Origin: Paragordius varius
Lineage: Eukaryota > Animalia > Nematomorpha
NCBI GenBank assembly: GCA_964247055.1
Contig: OZ176052.1
Span: 12,772,001 to 12,836,000 of the forward strand
DNA: 64,000 nucleotides
Direction of reading: 5' to 3'
Below, piece after piece: positions 1 through 12,600 of this stretch. The position numbers and the translations under genes are program-made. Under the pieces are notes generated by a model, which saw nothing but the letters and a program-made list of their open reading frames with translations, ran no database searches and was not told the origin of the DNA. Every line of letters begins with the position of its first letter. Position 1 is the stretch's first letter.

Positions 1-60
1 AAAATTACATGTTTATTTAAATAAAATTTCAACTTATATCAGTATAAAGTTTTTTTACAG

Positions 61-88
61 CAGATTGAACAAACTAAATTTTAGAACC
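61..88 (+). CDS. Candidate upstream exon of the LLTP-like gene (xRLNKLNFRT)
   Basis: Acceptor ttttttacag at 51-60 and donor GTTAAG at 89; ends in phase 0, compatible with exon 213-281. It is short and has no motif. Confidence 0.3.
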
Positions 89-212
89 GTTAAGTTTAAT
101 TTCATTTTGAAACCAATAATAATTTATAGAAATATTATGAAATGCTTTTTATATATCATATTCATTTGTATTTTAAATGTTTTACAAACATAAATATCGA
201 AGATTATTTAAG

Positions 213-281
213 TCATTTTTCATAATAAAATATAACAAATTAACAGTCGACTGCTTTGAAAAATTTTTATTTTATATTTCT
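213..281 (+). CDS. Candidate exon of the LLTP-like gene (SFFIIKYNKLTVDCFEKFLFYIS)
   Basis: Strong donor GTAAGT at 282 in phase 0 matches exon 473. The acceptor is uncertain (AG at 201-202, 211-212 or 245-246). Confidence 0.5.
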
Positions 282-472
282 GTAAGTTACATTCATTTTT
301 TTCGGATTCTTAAAGCCAATAAAATTCCCTATCCAAAAATATCTAAATCAAAAAACATTATTTTGACCCTATTACAAACTATGGAATAGTAAATTTATTT
401 ATCGCAATATATTTCTGAGATTATGTATTTATATTCATGGCTACTTATTTTTATGTATCATACATTTTATAG

Positions 473-613
473 AATTTTCCTAATTTACCCCCAATTAAAG
501 CAGCAACCCTTACGTTAGACCTTATTTCACCTAATGGCATATCTTATGTCTACTTTGAAGATGCGAATTTTCGTGATTTTGAATATAAATATCTAAAAGA
601 ATTCTTAAAAAAG
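473..613 (+). CDS. LLTP-like gene exon (NFPNLPPIKAATLTLDLISPNGISYVYFEDANFRDFEYKYLKEFLKK)
   Basis: Boundaries ttttatag| and |GTTGAA; 141 nt open, phase 0-0. Confidence 0.75.
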
Positions 614-627
614 GTTGAATTTTTTAT

Positions 628-664
<37 letters not shown>

Positions 665-3600
665 AGAATATTTTTATAAATATATTATAATAGTCTTAAA
701 TATATAAATTTGAATAGATATAAATATTTTTGAATCATATTTAAAACCAATTTCTTCATTTACTGTTTATATTAGCTAAACCTTATTGAACAAAAATTTT
801 TGGCCCTAATTAGCGTCGGAAGAAGTGCATATTTTACAATTGGACATATGTACATATCATTTGCGAAAGATTCACTTCTTCGTGCAAAAGCAAAACAAAC
901 TGTAGTGGGCATCTATCGTAATAATTTATTATAAATATTTAGCTTTCTATTAATATGTCTCATTGTTGTTAATACACATATTCAATTCTCAATAACCGTA
1001 TATTATAGCTGATACTATTGGAGATTTAAGTTATATCCCCCAAGCATTTGGCTATGTAAAGCAAATATTTTCCTCTGGTCCCACACCATCTTTTGAAAAA
1101 ATTTGGAAACAACTTGAATACTACGATAATATAATGAAATATGAGGATCAAGTATCTACCATAACAAACAAATTCGATATTACCAATGATATTTTAAACA
1201 ACCCTAACGATATGACAGGAGTTTTTTTACATCCTTTTAAATGGGTTAAGTTAACGGTATGTTATAACATTAAAGTGTATATATATCTTTTATCCCATTT
1301 CTTCACGTAAAAAATATTATTAAAGTCATGTATCCTTTATTTTATCAAAAAAATTTTTTTCGTTATATGGGTATGAAAACTTGGTAAAGAATGGAAAAAC
1401 CTTATGTTAACAATAACATGTTCATAAAAAAAGTATAGATTTACCTTGTTTTTCCATTCTTTACCAAATATTTATATCCATTTAACGAAAAAAAAATAAA
1501 TTTTTGATAAAGGATACATGACTTTAAACTCTATGTTGTGGGTTTTGCCGGACTCATAATATCGGATAGAAAAAAAGACTGAAGATATTTTTTTTAAAAA
1601 AGAAGATTTTTGTTATTAAAATTGATTGGACGATTCGTTTATATTATGTTGACGAATCGGTGTTATGTACATATTGCGTATTTTTTTCAGTATATACGAG
1701 GCTTGGGACTTAGTATGTAACGAGAAAGCTGAGAATTTTTATATAAAAATTATTAATTTTTCAAACAAATACTAAATGTTAGAATAGATAATTTTTAAAA
1801 CTACAGCCAATCATTTTATATTAATTAGCTTAGTAGACTAATTGTTCTTATGAAATTGTAATCACATGACTCTCATGAAGCCGTCTAATTATAGTGTAGT
1901 TTTACACTATTAACTTTCATTTTTTATTACTATTTATTATTAAACCATAATTATATGTCAATTTATACTTTTAAATGCTACATGCTATTCACATAGAAAA
2001 TTAAAAACATGTTATACAAAAGACGAATTATTTCTAGATTAAAGATTCAAAATTATTTTTTGATCCTTACTAGTTACAATATATTTTTATTATTGTGAAT
2101 AAGAAAAATTAAGTTGATTCGGAACATGCCTAATGTGATACATTTTTCACAGTACAAGACAAACTATAAACTTTATTTCTTATATTATTTATTCACGTAT
2201 AAGTTTCCAAAAGATCCTTGTGTTGATATATTTTTAGTGTCTCCATAAAACTATTAATAATTGTCAAAATGCTAGGTAAAATTAATAGTTATTTCACTTT
2301 CCCACAGATTTGGTGTATGCATCTCGGATAAACAACCTTTACACTAATTAGATTTTATAGTAAAAACAAGTTTTAAGCTGCCATGTGTCTGGCCTACATT
2401 TAAATATCATTACATTGTCAATAGGCTATGTCATTCTATAACAATTCAATAGTAGTGAATATAAACTTTACATAACATTATATCACAATTCACTAAATAA
2501 CAGTACTTACACTTAAATATGAAGAAAAAATGTCACATCTTGGTTATATAACTATTATGGCACCAAATGGCTCACTATGTTTGAATATCGGTGTCCTTAA
2601 TCTTATATGTTATAAACACAGTGCATGATATCGGGCACATAGAAACATCATTAAATTTATATAAACTTTACACTTTTGTGCTAATTGCTCTTTTTCAATC
2701 CACATCGCCTTTGTAGAATTTTAGTTATATAATAATTATTTTATGCAATCGATTGGCAACAATAAACTGTCACTGAACGAATAGTACCATCAAAATGACA
2801 CTATTTATTTATACATTGATTGTTATGAATTTCGAAGGTTAAAATATACTCAGTTATCGAAGATATTTTTATGTGGATCCTGATGAAATTAGTTATATAC
2901 CGACAAAAGCCAAAACAATAAGATTATCACCAAATATGATTAAGATCTGTTACGGCCGTAATTTAAAGGCTAATATTCGTATCCGTATTAGCCATAGAAA
3001 CACATATTAAGGGTGACTAACTATATTTCAAATCAACGGTTTGCCCGATAAGTCTGACTCTTGATTGTACAAAAGAGAAAACATTTTTTTAAATGTAAAA
3101 TCTTACGCTTTTTGAAACCTATAACTAATTTATGTGATGATGTGCATTAGTGATATCTTGGATGGCTTCGTATCTTGAAATCTACCAGAAAATAATTTTA
3201 AAAAACACGTTCAAAACAAATATAGAGATGGAATTTAATTTTAACCGGCTTATCTATAATATATTAAAAACCAGTTAATAATTCATACATCCTCATTTTG
3301 ATTCTACTCTGTATCGAAAACAATTAAAAATAAAATATGTGGTTTTGTGATAATTAAAATTGCAGATGAGATTGAAGCCTAGTTTACCATTTTATCTGTT
3401 TTTTCATTAAGTTGGTTTGTATTTAGGGTAATTTAATTATGAAAATTTTTATATCAATATAATTATTAAAAAATAAGTATAAAAATTAGCGCATTAGTGT
3501 AGATAATGATATATATATATATATATATATATCAAATTAAGGATTTTCCCAATTTGTCTATGGATACTTTGGTCAAAGCACTTCATCTACACTGTCCATC

Positions 3601-6600
3601 GTTTTTCTCAAACGATAAGATAACAATGGTCCAAACGACAGCTCCAAAGTTTGCTTATTACAATGGTCTTCTTTTTGGACTTGACCATTATACTGCTTTT
3701 GATGGTAGTGTAGGACGCCTACAGCCTTTCTGCCATACTAAGACAGAACAACCAAAATCGTAATTTTTCTTTCTAATTATTTAATTATAACTCAGGACAA
3801 TCATGTATATCATCGCATTTAAATATCGTTTCTTTTAACTGGGAGAGTATTATTTGTAATTGGCTTTCAATTTAAATATAATATCATCTTAAATTAATAT
3901 TATTGCCAAATTATCTCATTTTCTTTGTATTCTAAAAATAAAATAAACAGCCTGTTTAAATTGAAATTTCTAATAATGACATCGAAAATCTAAATACGAA
4001 TTATAGTGTTTCCAGCTCATAAAGTTAATTTTTGGCTTTGCATGTAACATTATTCTTCTATATACACCATTTTTTATTTAAAAAAGGGTTCAGCGATCAC
4101 TTTTGTAATAAGGAATCAATAATATTATTTTATAAATCATACAATACATTGTTAACATTTAAATCCAGCGCATTCATTTCAGTCTCTGAATCGAATTGCT
4201 TTAAGGACCTAAGCCTCTTTAAAATCGAAGCGTTAGAATCATACAAGATATTTCTCAAAAATGCTGTAAAAAATATGCGTGGAAGTAGTTTGATACGACT
4301 CTTTAAATTTAAATTTTATGTAGATATTTTGGCTCATCTAAAAACTTTTATAGGATAGAAGTAAATTAAATTGAAACCGTTTCCTTCAATTTCAAAAAAT
4401 ATCAAATTGAATATAGTTTGGGGCCACTAGATACCCCATCAAATCGAATTTAACATAAATATTTTTCAAGCACACATTTTATGATCGGGGTTATACATAG
4501 TGGCAAGTATTTGATGAAAAAAGGTAGTTTTCATATTTTGCTAAATATAGTTTTCACATCTTGTTGTGAATGTAATTTCATCAAAAAATTTATAATTATT
4601 GATATGAGCATAATATATGGGAAATATAAGATGAAATACATAATATCTGTTGTGAATATATATAAACTTTTTTAAACAATGTAGAACTCGTAGAAAAATA
4701 GTACTTTACAAATATCGTAATGTAAAATTTATTTTTTGAAAGTGATTTCATACTAAATAATTTGTAAGATCAAATACATGTAAATAAATTATTTATTGAA
4801 TGAAAACCTGCAATAAAGGAACCGTTTTTATATAACCGTAATTTTTAAAAACTTTTTTGTAACTACCGTTTTAAAACGGTTCCAAAAATATATTTTTAAA
4901 AATATTTTGTAAATGGCGGCATTTTAATGTTTGTTTATCCAGCTTTTACAGAGATTTAACATCACTTTTTTGTTTTCGTTATGGGTAGTTTTATATCCCA
5001 GAGCTCATTGTAAATAAACTAGAGTTTTAAAAGTCATTTTAGTTTAAATTTTATCAAATAATGTACTCATACATTATAACAGCTAATATTTTTTATAGTT
5101 TTGTGACCTCTAGGGTTTGAAATTGGGACTTCAAAACACAATTGAAACAAGCTAATATTAAAATCAAAATACATCAAACTTTTGTTTGTAAAATATAGCC
5201 TAAAAGCTTATTAACGTTAATAATCTACATTTTATAACCATAATACACCTTTATTTGCCATTCTAATTTAAAAGATTAAAGAAAAAAATCGCAGCAAAAT
5301 ATTTGCGATGAGGATTATTTTACTATCCTACATGTTTTTTTTGCATATGCGCCCAAAAGGCTGAAGAAAGCACATTTTTAAATTCGCTTAAATATTTTTT
5401 AAAGTATTTATATTTCAAATCGCTCTGGGATCTGCTAACTCAAAACGGTAATGTATTAAAAATTAAAATATAATAACATGGTTTTTTAAGATACGATTGA
5501 CACTTCAAAGCCACCCTTAAACAATTCAAATTCACCCGGAAATAAATGATGTGTTTTTTAAGAGGATTATTATTATTTTTAAAAAAATGAATTTTTTCTT
5601 TAAAATTAAAATAATACTGAAAAAATAATAGAATATGCCATAAAGATATATTTCAAATTAATGATAATTTATAATAGCGAGAAACAATAACTTATTTTTA
5701 AGAGTTAATTTGAATTGTTCGAGGGTATTTGAATTGTAATTGGTATATATCTACAAAACGTTTTTTTAACTCCATAGGTTTATGGAATTGTGCATTTTTT
5801 AAATTATATGTTTGAGTAAGTATGCAAAATAAATATTAAAATATTAAATTAATACTATTTGGTTTTAAGAAGTTTATTTAACAAAATATTATTTCAGTTT
5901 TGATATTTTACCTACTTAGATACCTACTAATCGCTGATTATGTAAGCCATACGTTTGCATTAATTGGTAATCGGTACAAATTTTCTTTACTAACTCCGTG
6001 GCACAACCTATCTTTGGTTATAATAAATGAAGACACCAAGGAATATTCTGTATTTTTAAATAACGTGTTGCTTTCAACCCTGCCATTCAATGATATATCC
6101 AGGAAACTATATGTGTTTTCTTCCAATAACAATAATATAAAGGTATTATGGAGATTTTTTTACCATTAACTAACATATAATCTTTGATAAAACTTTTAAA
6201 GAATGTTAACATCAATCTAGCAATACATTCTCAATCTAATAAATAGAAAAAAGCTGTTTTTTCATGCTGTACAGTTAAAAGCCAAATGTATTATATTTTA
6301 TTAGGTTAAAATAAAAAGAACTATAATAATAATAATAAGCATAAAAAATTTTGGTATTTTGTTAAATATGAATTGTTGAAGCAAAATATATGAAAATGTT
6401 ATATTTTCTTGACATTTTTACATCAAAACTTTTAAATTATTTTACAAATTTTTTGTAAGTAATAAAAAATTAAATTTTTTTCCATTTTCTTACGAATCTC
6501 AATATTAAATGGTGTTTATTATAGAAATAATAGTCCAACCATTCTTAAAGCTGAACACCATTTTTTAAAACTAGAATATAAAAAAATTGTGTAACTGTTT

Positions 6601-9600
6601 TAAGTCCTTAAATTATTTTTTGGCGTGCAAGGTTTAATTTAGTGCATTGAAAATTGTTATTAAGGGGTTTGAAAAGCGAAATAGTTGAGAATCTCTGATA
6701 TAAATTTATTTTTTATTTATTTACTACCAGGAAAAATTATAAAGATGGGGTGATTCCATTGGAATAATAATTTCATCAAAAGTTTTGATGATTATGCCGT
6801 TTGACTAACAAAACTAAATAATAAATTAAAGTGAAAGTAGTTATAATACAAGGCACAATTATTTACTGACCCCCTTGTAAAAAAAACTAACTGTTATAAT
6901 ATATATTATATTATTAATTAATATAAATACATGATAGATTCGGTACCCCGGTCTCAGAATTGGATACAATTTCGACAAAAAAGTTACTTATATTAAAGTA
7001 AGTAAAATTTACAAAGGAAAACTAACAGGAGTCTTTGAAACTTTTGGGAAAGATAATTATTTTTATCAGCTTAAAAATTCATCAGCGTCAGGAAATTCAT
7101 GTCAACATCAAATCTCTCAAGAATCTAATACATCAGCTGTTAATAAAACGGATGAAGGTAATTCTATATATTAGTTTTAAATATTTTTGATGTAACAATA
7201 TGTTATAAATTTTAATTTAATTTATATATTTTATTTAATTAATTATTATATTAATATATTTTTTGCTAAGATTGCATTGCAATAATTACGTACCAAAAGG
7301 GAGGAAATAAATGGACTGATGAAGCTATAGAGACAATAAGGGAATCGGAAAACGATGGACCATGTTCCGAGCTTTTTCCATATCAGATAATGTCAAATTT
7401 TGAACCTTGCTTTCAAATTATCGGATCTATGCCATATTATCATGCTTGTTTGGCTGATTATCAAGAAAGTACATATTTAAAAATAATAATTATCATTGGA
7501 CATATTGATTGAAATAAAAATGTCTGCTGGTGGTATTAAATATGAATAAATGAGTTGTATTTAAAATACATATGTGGATTTTTAGGATTTCGAATTTTGT
7601 CCATCCGTTTATTTAATTAGAAATACATTTTACAAATAAAATACCGTACTAAGGAGTAATTTTGGTAAATTTAAATTTCATTTTACTTCCTATTTTTTTA
7701 TATAAAGATGATTAACGGTAAAAAAGGATTTAACGAGTCGCGCTAACATTTAGTCAATTATCAATACTCCACACCTTTATGTATTTTGATGGCAAGAAAA
7801 AAATCTGAACGAAATTTTTTCAAATTTTTATGGTATTTAGGTTTCAAATCTTACGATTTGAAAATTATTCCATCTATAACGCAATATAATGTAAAAGTGT
7901 TTAACCAACTATTAAATTGTATTTTTTGGAAGATAATGCCTTAAAACAAATTAGGTTAAATGATATAGTTCTTTAAAAAAATGTTTTGTATTTTTATATT
8001 CGAAAAACGACCCATCATTTTAAACCATCAAAAAATGTTAATGATGCACTCTAGCTTATCTTTGTGACGCATTTTCCAGTTAGTTTTCTAACACCAGTCT
8101 AATCACACCAGTATTAATTAAATTTTTGAAGTTCATATAAAATTTAACATTATAACCATGTTTTGCTTAAATATAATTAATTATACATATAATAACAGTA
8201 AAAGGTTAAATTTTTAAATCTTAACCTCACTTAGTGGCATCACTAGAGTTTTATACCAAAATACATTTATTTTTGTGTAACCATTTACACCTCAAATCTT
8301 GAACAATCCATAAATAAATTATATGTTTTTATATATTAAAAATACCACCCATTTTTTTTATATTTTTAATAAATAAATTTTTGTTTAAAATTAAATACTA
8401 AAAAATAACTATGCCATAAAGAAATATTTCATATAAGATAAACGCGAAACAGATAATTTATTTTTAGGGTGAATTTTAATTTTTCAGGGGGAAATTGAAT
8501 TTTTCAAGGAATTTGAATATTTGAAGGGGTATTAGGAATTTGAATAGTTCAAGGGTGCTTTGAGGGTTAATGGTATATTATTTCCGAATGAATTCTGTAA
8601 AAACGAATGTAAAGATTTTTTCCAATTTAATATTAATTCTGATGTGTTTAATACCTATTTAGCATTAATTATCAATATTATAAAGTTTTTAAAATAATTA
8701 TTTACGGTAACATAACAAAGAAAGGCGACAAATTATGGGTTAAATCATGTCTCAGGCTTAAAAAACCAATTTACACTCATTAATAAGGATATGCGATTTT
8801 ACTGAGTGCCACGAAAGTTCTTTACACCCTTGTAATTCAATTATATATATATATTTAAATGATTATTTTGCAGGTCTCTGCAAAAAAACCGACAATGATA
8901 ATGACAAGAAGAGTATTTGCTCATCTCTACATGCTTATAAGGAAATATGTTACGCCCACTATGTTGAAGTTGATGTGCCTGATTATTGCAGTAATGTTGA
9001 ATAAAATTATATAATTACCATTAGAAATAATTGACTATTATTAAAACTAAATTTCCATAGTACTTAATAATATAATAGATTTTCAAAAGCATATTTTTCA
9101 TTGATTGATTTTATCTATCAACAAGGTTTTGCACCACCCCATTATTTTTGCATTTTCTGATACCTAATGGCATGGAAAGGCCAAAACAAAAAAGAAAATT
9201 GAGGCCACCAATAAGATTTTTCCAAAATTTAATTTTTAAATTTTGGATTTAATTCAAAAATAACAATCATTCCTCGTGTACATATGTTTAAATATTCAAA
9301 CAAGCAAGTCGATACAAGTAATATTCCATGCATGGATAACGAATTCTAGGCATTAAATAAGATACTAAACAAGCTAAGAGCCAAAGTATTAAAAATCTAA
9401 AAGGGGCTTATGTATAGTGTGATAGATCCGGGCGGCTGCACAAGCTCTGCATATCCCCCAAGCGATCCAATTATGCGAGATATGGCAAAGATAACAATAA
9501 GTAATCGTAAAGCCTGATAAGAGAGACTTGCAAGCAAAATCCAGGCAAATTGACATGTCAAATTAACCAATTCACAAAATAAAGTTAGATAAATACTACA

Positions 9601-12600
9601 ATTAAATTGAATAAAAAGATTAGGTAAATACAAATGGTCCAATCCAATAATAGTAAATTCTACTAAAAGTGGCTACACAACATCCATCTGAAATTAAAAA
9701 TACAAAACAACCAATAATTTTAATAAATAAAGTATATCCACTAGGTATAAATAAAGGATCTTTTGTAAGAACCAACTCAAGAAAAAAAGCCTAATAGGTA
9801 CTCAAAAGAACGAATACTAACAAAAAAATATACCCTATCTGAAAGCCGAAGGTTTAAACCATAGAATGCCTTTTTTAGTATTTTTTAAAAAAAATTTTAT
9901 ACGCATTAAAAATTCACTTGAAAGAAAAAGACTAAATTTTGACGTTTAAGTCCGTACTATTTTTTTCTCTCTGATATTTAAATGACATATTTATAATCAA
10001 AAGATAGAGTTTAAAACGCTTTATTAAATGATATTAAGTTTATAATATAATAACATTTTATTATAAAGTTATATTTAATTTTCTCTCGATTTTCTCTTGT
10101 TTTTGAAAAATTGAAAAACCTATAATATTTTAAAATTCTGATTGGCGGAATCAAAAACTTTTTCACATTCGGTTTCAAAACACTGAAATTAGTCATAATT
10201 TAAAAGTTTGAGTGGTGGTGCTCAAAAATGTCCAAATTTGTCGACTACTGTTATAAATCAGTTTGTTCAATCAGGTAACAGTACACATCTTAAGCCAATA
10301 AGTTAGAAAATTAATTGTATCCTTGGGGTAAATAAAAATGATTTTAATCTGTGGATAATAGCATATGGTAGCTTTAACAACATTTACTATGACAGTTTTA
10401 ATATTATTTCTTAACGGCCATGTCGCAAAATTAATATACAAATGTTGTGTGACTGGTATTTAAATGTTTGGTTTATTTATTTCACGGATATATTTTTACG
10501 AAACAATTCATTTAAGAAAATATTTATTTTGCTCAAATTGCTGCATATCACAATAGCGTATATTTTGCGAAATTCAATCTTTTTGGTAACAGCTTAATAC
10601 ACCCAAAAAATATTATTAAAGGATGTCATAAATTAAATTTATAAGGTAAAACATTTAAATTTTTAATATAGGGACTAAATGTCTAATTTAAACCCTTCTA
10701 ATATAGTTTTTTTATTGAATGTAAAAATGCCATTATTGCCTTATGTAAAATTATAGTTTATGTCATATCATGATATAAAAAATTATTTTCAAAAATGCCT
10801 TCTTTAGTAAAAAAATATTTTTAACAGAAAAGGATTTTGATATGTTTTGAAGCATCCTGGAAAGCACTTTTATATATAAAAACTATTCTATATAAATCCT
10901 TTAACTGTTAATTTCCAGATTTTGATTTAAAAGACATATTTTCTATCTAAACGAACAAACACATCTTTTGATAGGAAATCGTGTTAATAGCAATTTTTAG
11001 CATCATCAATTTTGAAAAAGTGTTTTTATAATATCTTAAAAGATACACTAAAAACATCCTACCTCGCATCTTGATTTTTCGTTATTAGCTTATATTAGGA
11101 AGTTTAAAATTTGAGACTTTTGTATCCCAAATCTAATAATTAAAATTTAATATGATTTTCTCTTCAAATGTAGATATTTTATTAATATTTTTGAAATAAG
11201 GCACTCAAATACCATTATAATGTCGGTATTTTTTGATTTTTTGATATGGAACTAATAACACAAAACTGTATTTAATCCGTAGGGTCCAAACCCAAACACA
11301 TCATACCTGATAAATTATTTATCACTATATATATATCACTTCAGTTTCAATTTTCATATATACCTTACTAACTTGTAGGCCAAAGCCTTTTAGAAAATTA
11401 GGCATCTTCTTATTAATGTTTTTATTTAAAAATGGAAATATCAATTTTGTCTAATTTTAAAACAGCAACGTTAAATTACCGGTTTCCTATCATTAAAACT
11501 ATATCGAATATATATTTTAAGATCAATACAATGGATTTAATGTTGGAGATATATGGGAAGAAAAGTTGAATACTTCCAATTCGGATCATATTAATGTAAT
11601 TTTTATTGTCAATCCTCACAACCTAACATCAAAGTAAGTAGATAAAGGTTACATAATTAACATATTTAAACGGCAAAAATAATAGCAATATTGAATAAAA
11701 TATAGTTTCAATAAATGCTACCATTATAAAATTTATTAAAGATAATTATTTTTAGCATGATTGGATCTCTGGATCTTTTGGCAAAGGGGATATCTTTACA
11801 TTGCAAAAAAGAAAATTATCTAGTCAAATTCGGATTAATATCTCAGAAAACAAAATATAATCATTCATATCCCGTTATATATGCCAATAAATTGTGAGTA
11901 TTAATTTATTTAATACTAAATATCTTTCAGTATATCAAGTTTTTATGCTTTATATTAGGAAACTCTTAACAAAAAAATCTTCGATGTTTTATGATGCGCT
12001 GCTATCGAAACAACAATCTGAGTTAAAAATTAGAACAGAAGAAATTTTCGATAAATTATTTGGAAATTATGATTTAAGCGATTCTTTAACCATTGTTATA
12101 GCCATAACTCAATCAGACCATGTTAGTTTCAATAAATCTAATATAATATTATTAAATATTCTAAATATTTGATTTATATCATATTTTTCTTTTTTTCAAT
12201 TAGATTATCGATCATTATTGGACGTATGTAAATCAACTGTTTAATATATGGAATCATGGAACAGTTATTAATGTAATTACAGGGAAATCTCATATATTTG
12301 CCAATAATGAGCTTGAACATGGATTCGATATAACTAAATTGGTATGTATTTTAGGATGACTTAGGTTGGTCAATGTCGCATATATATCACTACTTTGATC
12401 TGTTTGTATTACAGAACAATAACTTATCGAGGGAAAGGGGTAAGGCAAGGGGGTGTGTCTTCCGGCGCCGTTTAGGAGCTATTCATGGGTTTTACACTAA
12501 TTTCTAATTATAGAATAATTATAATAATTCCCATGTAAATATTCATGAAACTGTCCAATAGGGGCGCCTATTTATGTTTTTTATAACTAAAATAAGTTCT

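Noticed and set aside
137-193. Signal-peptide-like MKCFLYIIFICILNVLQT* as the gene start
   Set aside because: It stops after 18 codons, and a frameshift-free model (exon 213-281 to 473) places it in an intron
1691-1712. Mini-exon YIRGLGL (cag|...|GTATGT)
   Set aside because: 22 nt would break the phase 0-0 junction 1256 to 3542, which already reads coherently
4032-4358. 108-aa ORF as an independent gene
   Set aside because: TTG start, intronic, no recognisable domain, and no splice partner in phase
6998-7028. 31-nt cryptic intron (GTAAGT...CTAACAG) inside exon 6938-7157
   Set aside because: Read-through encodes the VWD YKGKLTG motif; splicing it out shifts frame and hits a stop in the next exon; the branch-like motif is too close to the AG
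6731-9330. Stop-codon reassignment (TGA=Trp or TAA=Gln) suggested by readable intronic patches
   Set aside because: The confidently spliced exons contain about 20 Gln as CAA/CAG, use TGG for Trp and have no in-frame TAA, TAG or TGA; the standard code fits
9397-9642. Hydrophobic minus-strand ORF (81 aa) as a membrane protein or GPCR
   Set aside because: No true ATG, in-frame stops on both sides and inconsistent motif order; plus-strand thyroglobulin-like or integrase-like readings are equally weak. Left as an unassigned relic.
12415-12439. Candidate exon after 12341 (ttacag|...|GTAAGG), and 18209-18235 as an alternative last exon
   Set aside because: The first gives a phase mismatch with exon 17980; the second gives a premature stop and omits the Cys-rich tail. 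Neither has supporting motifs.
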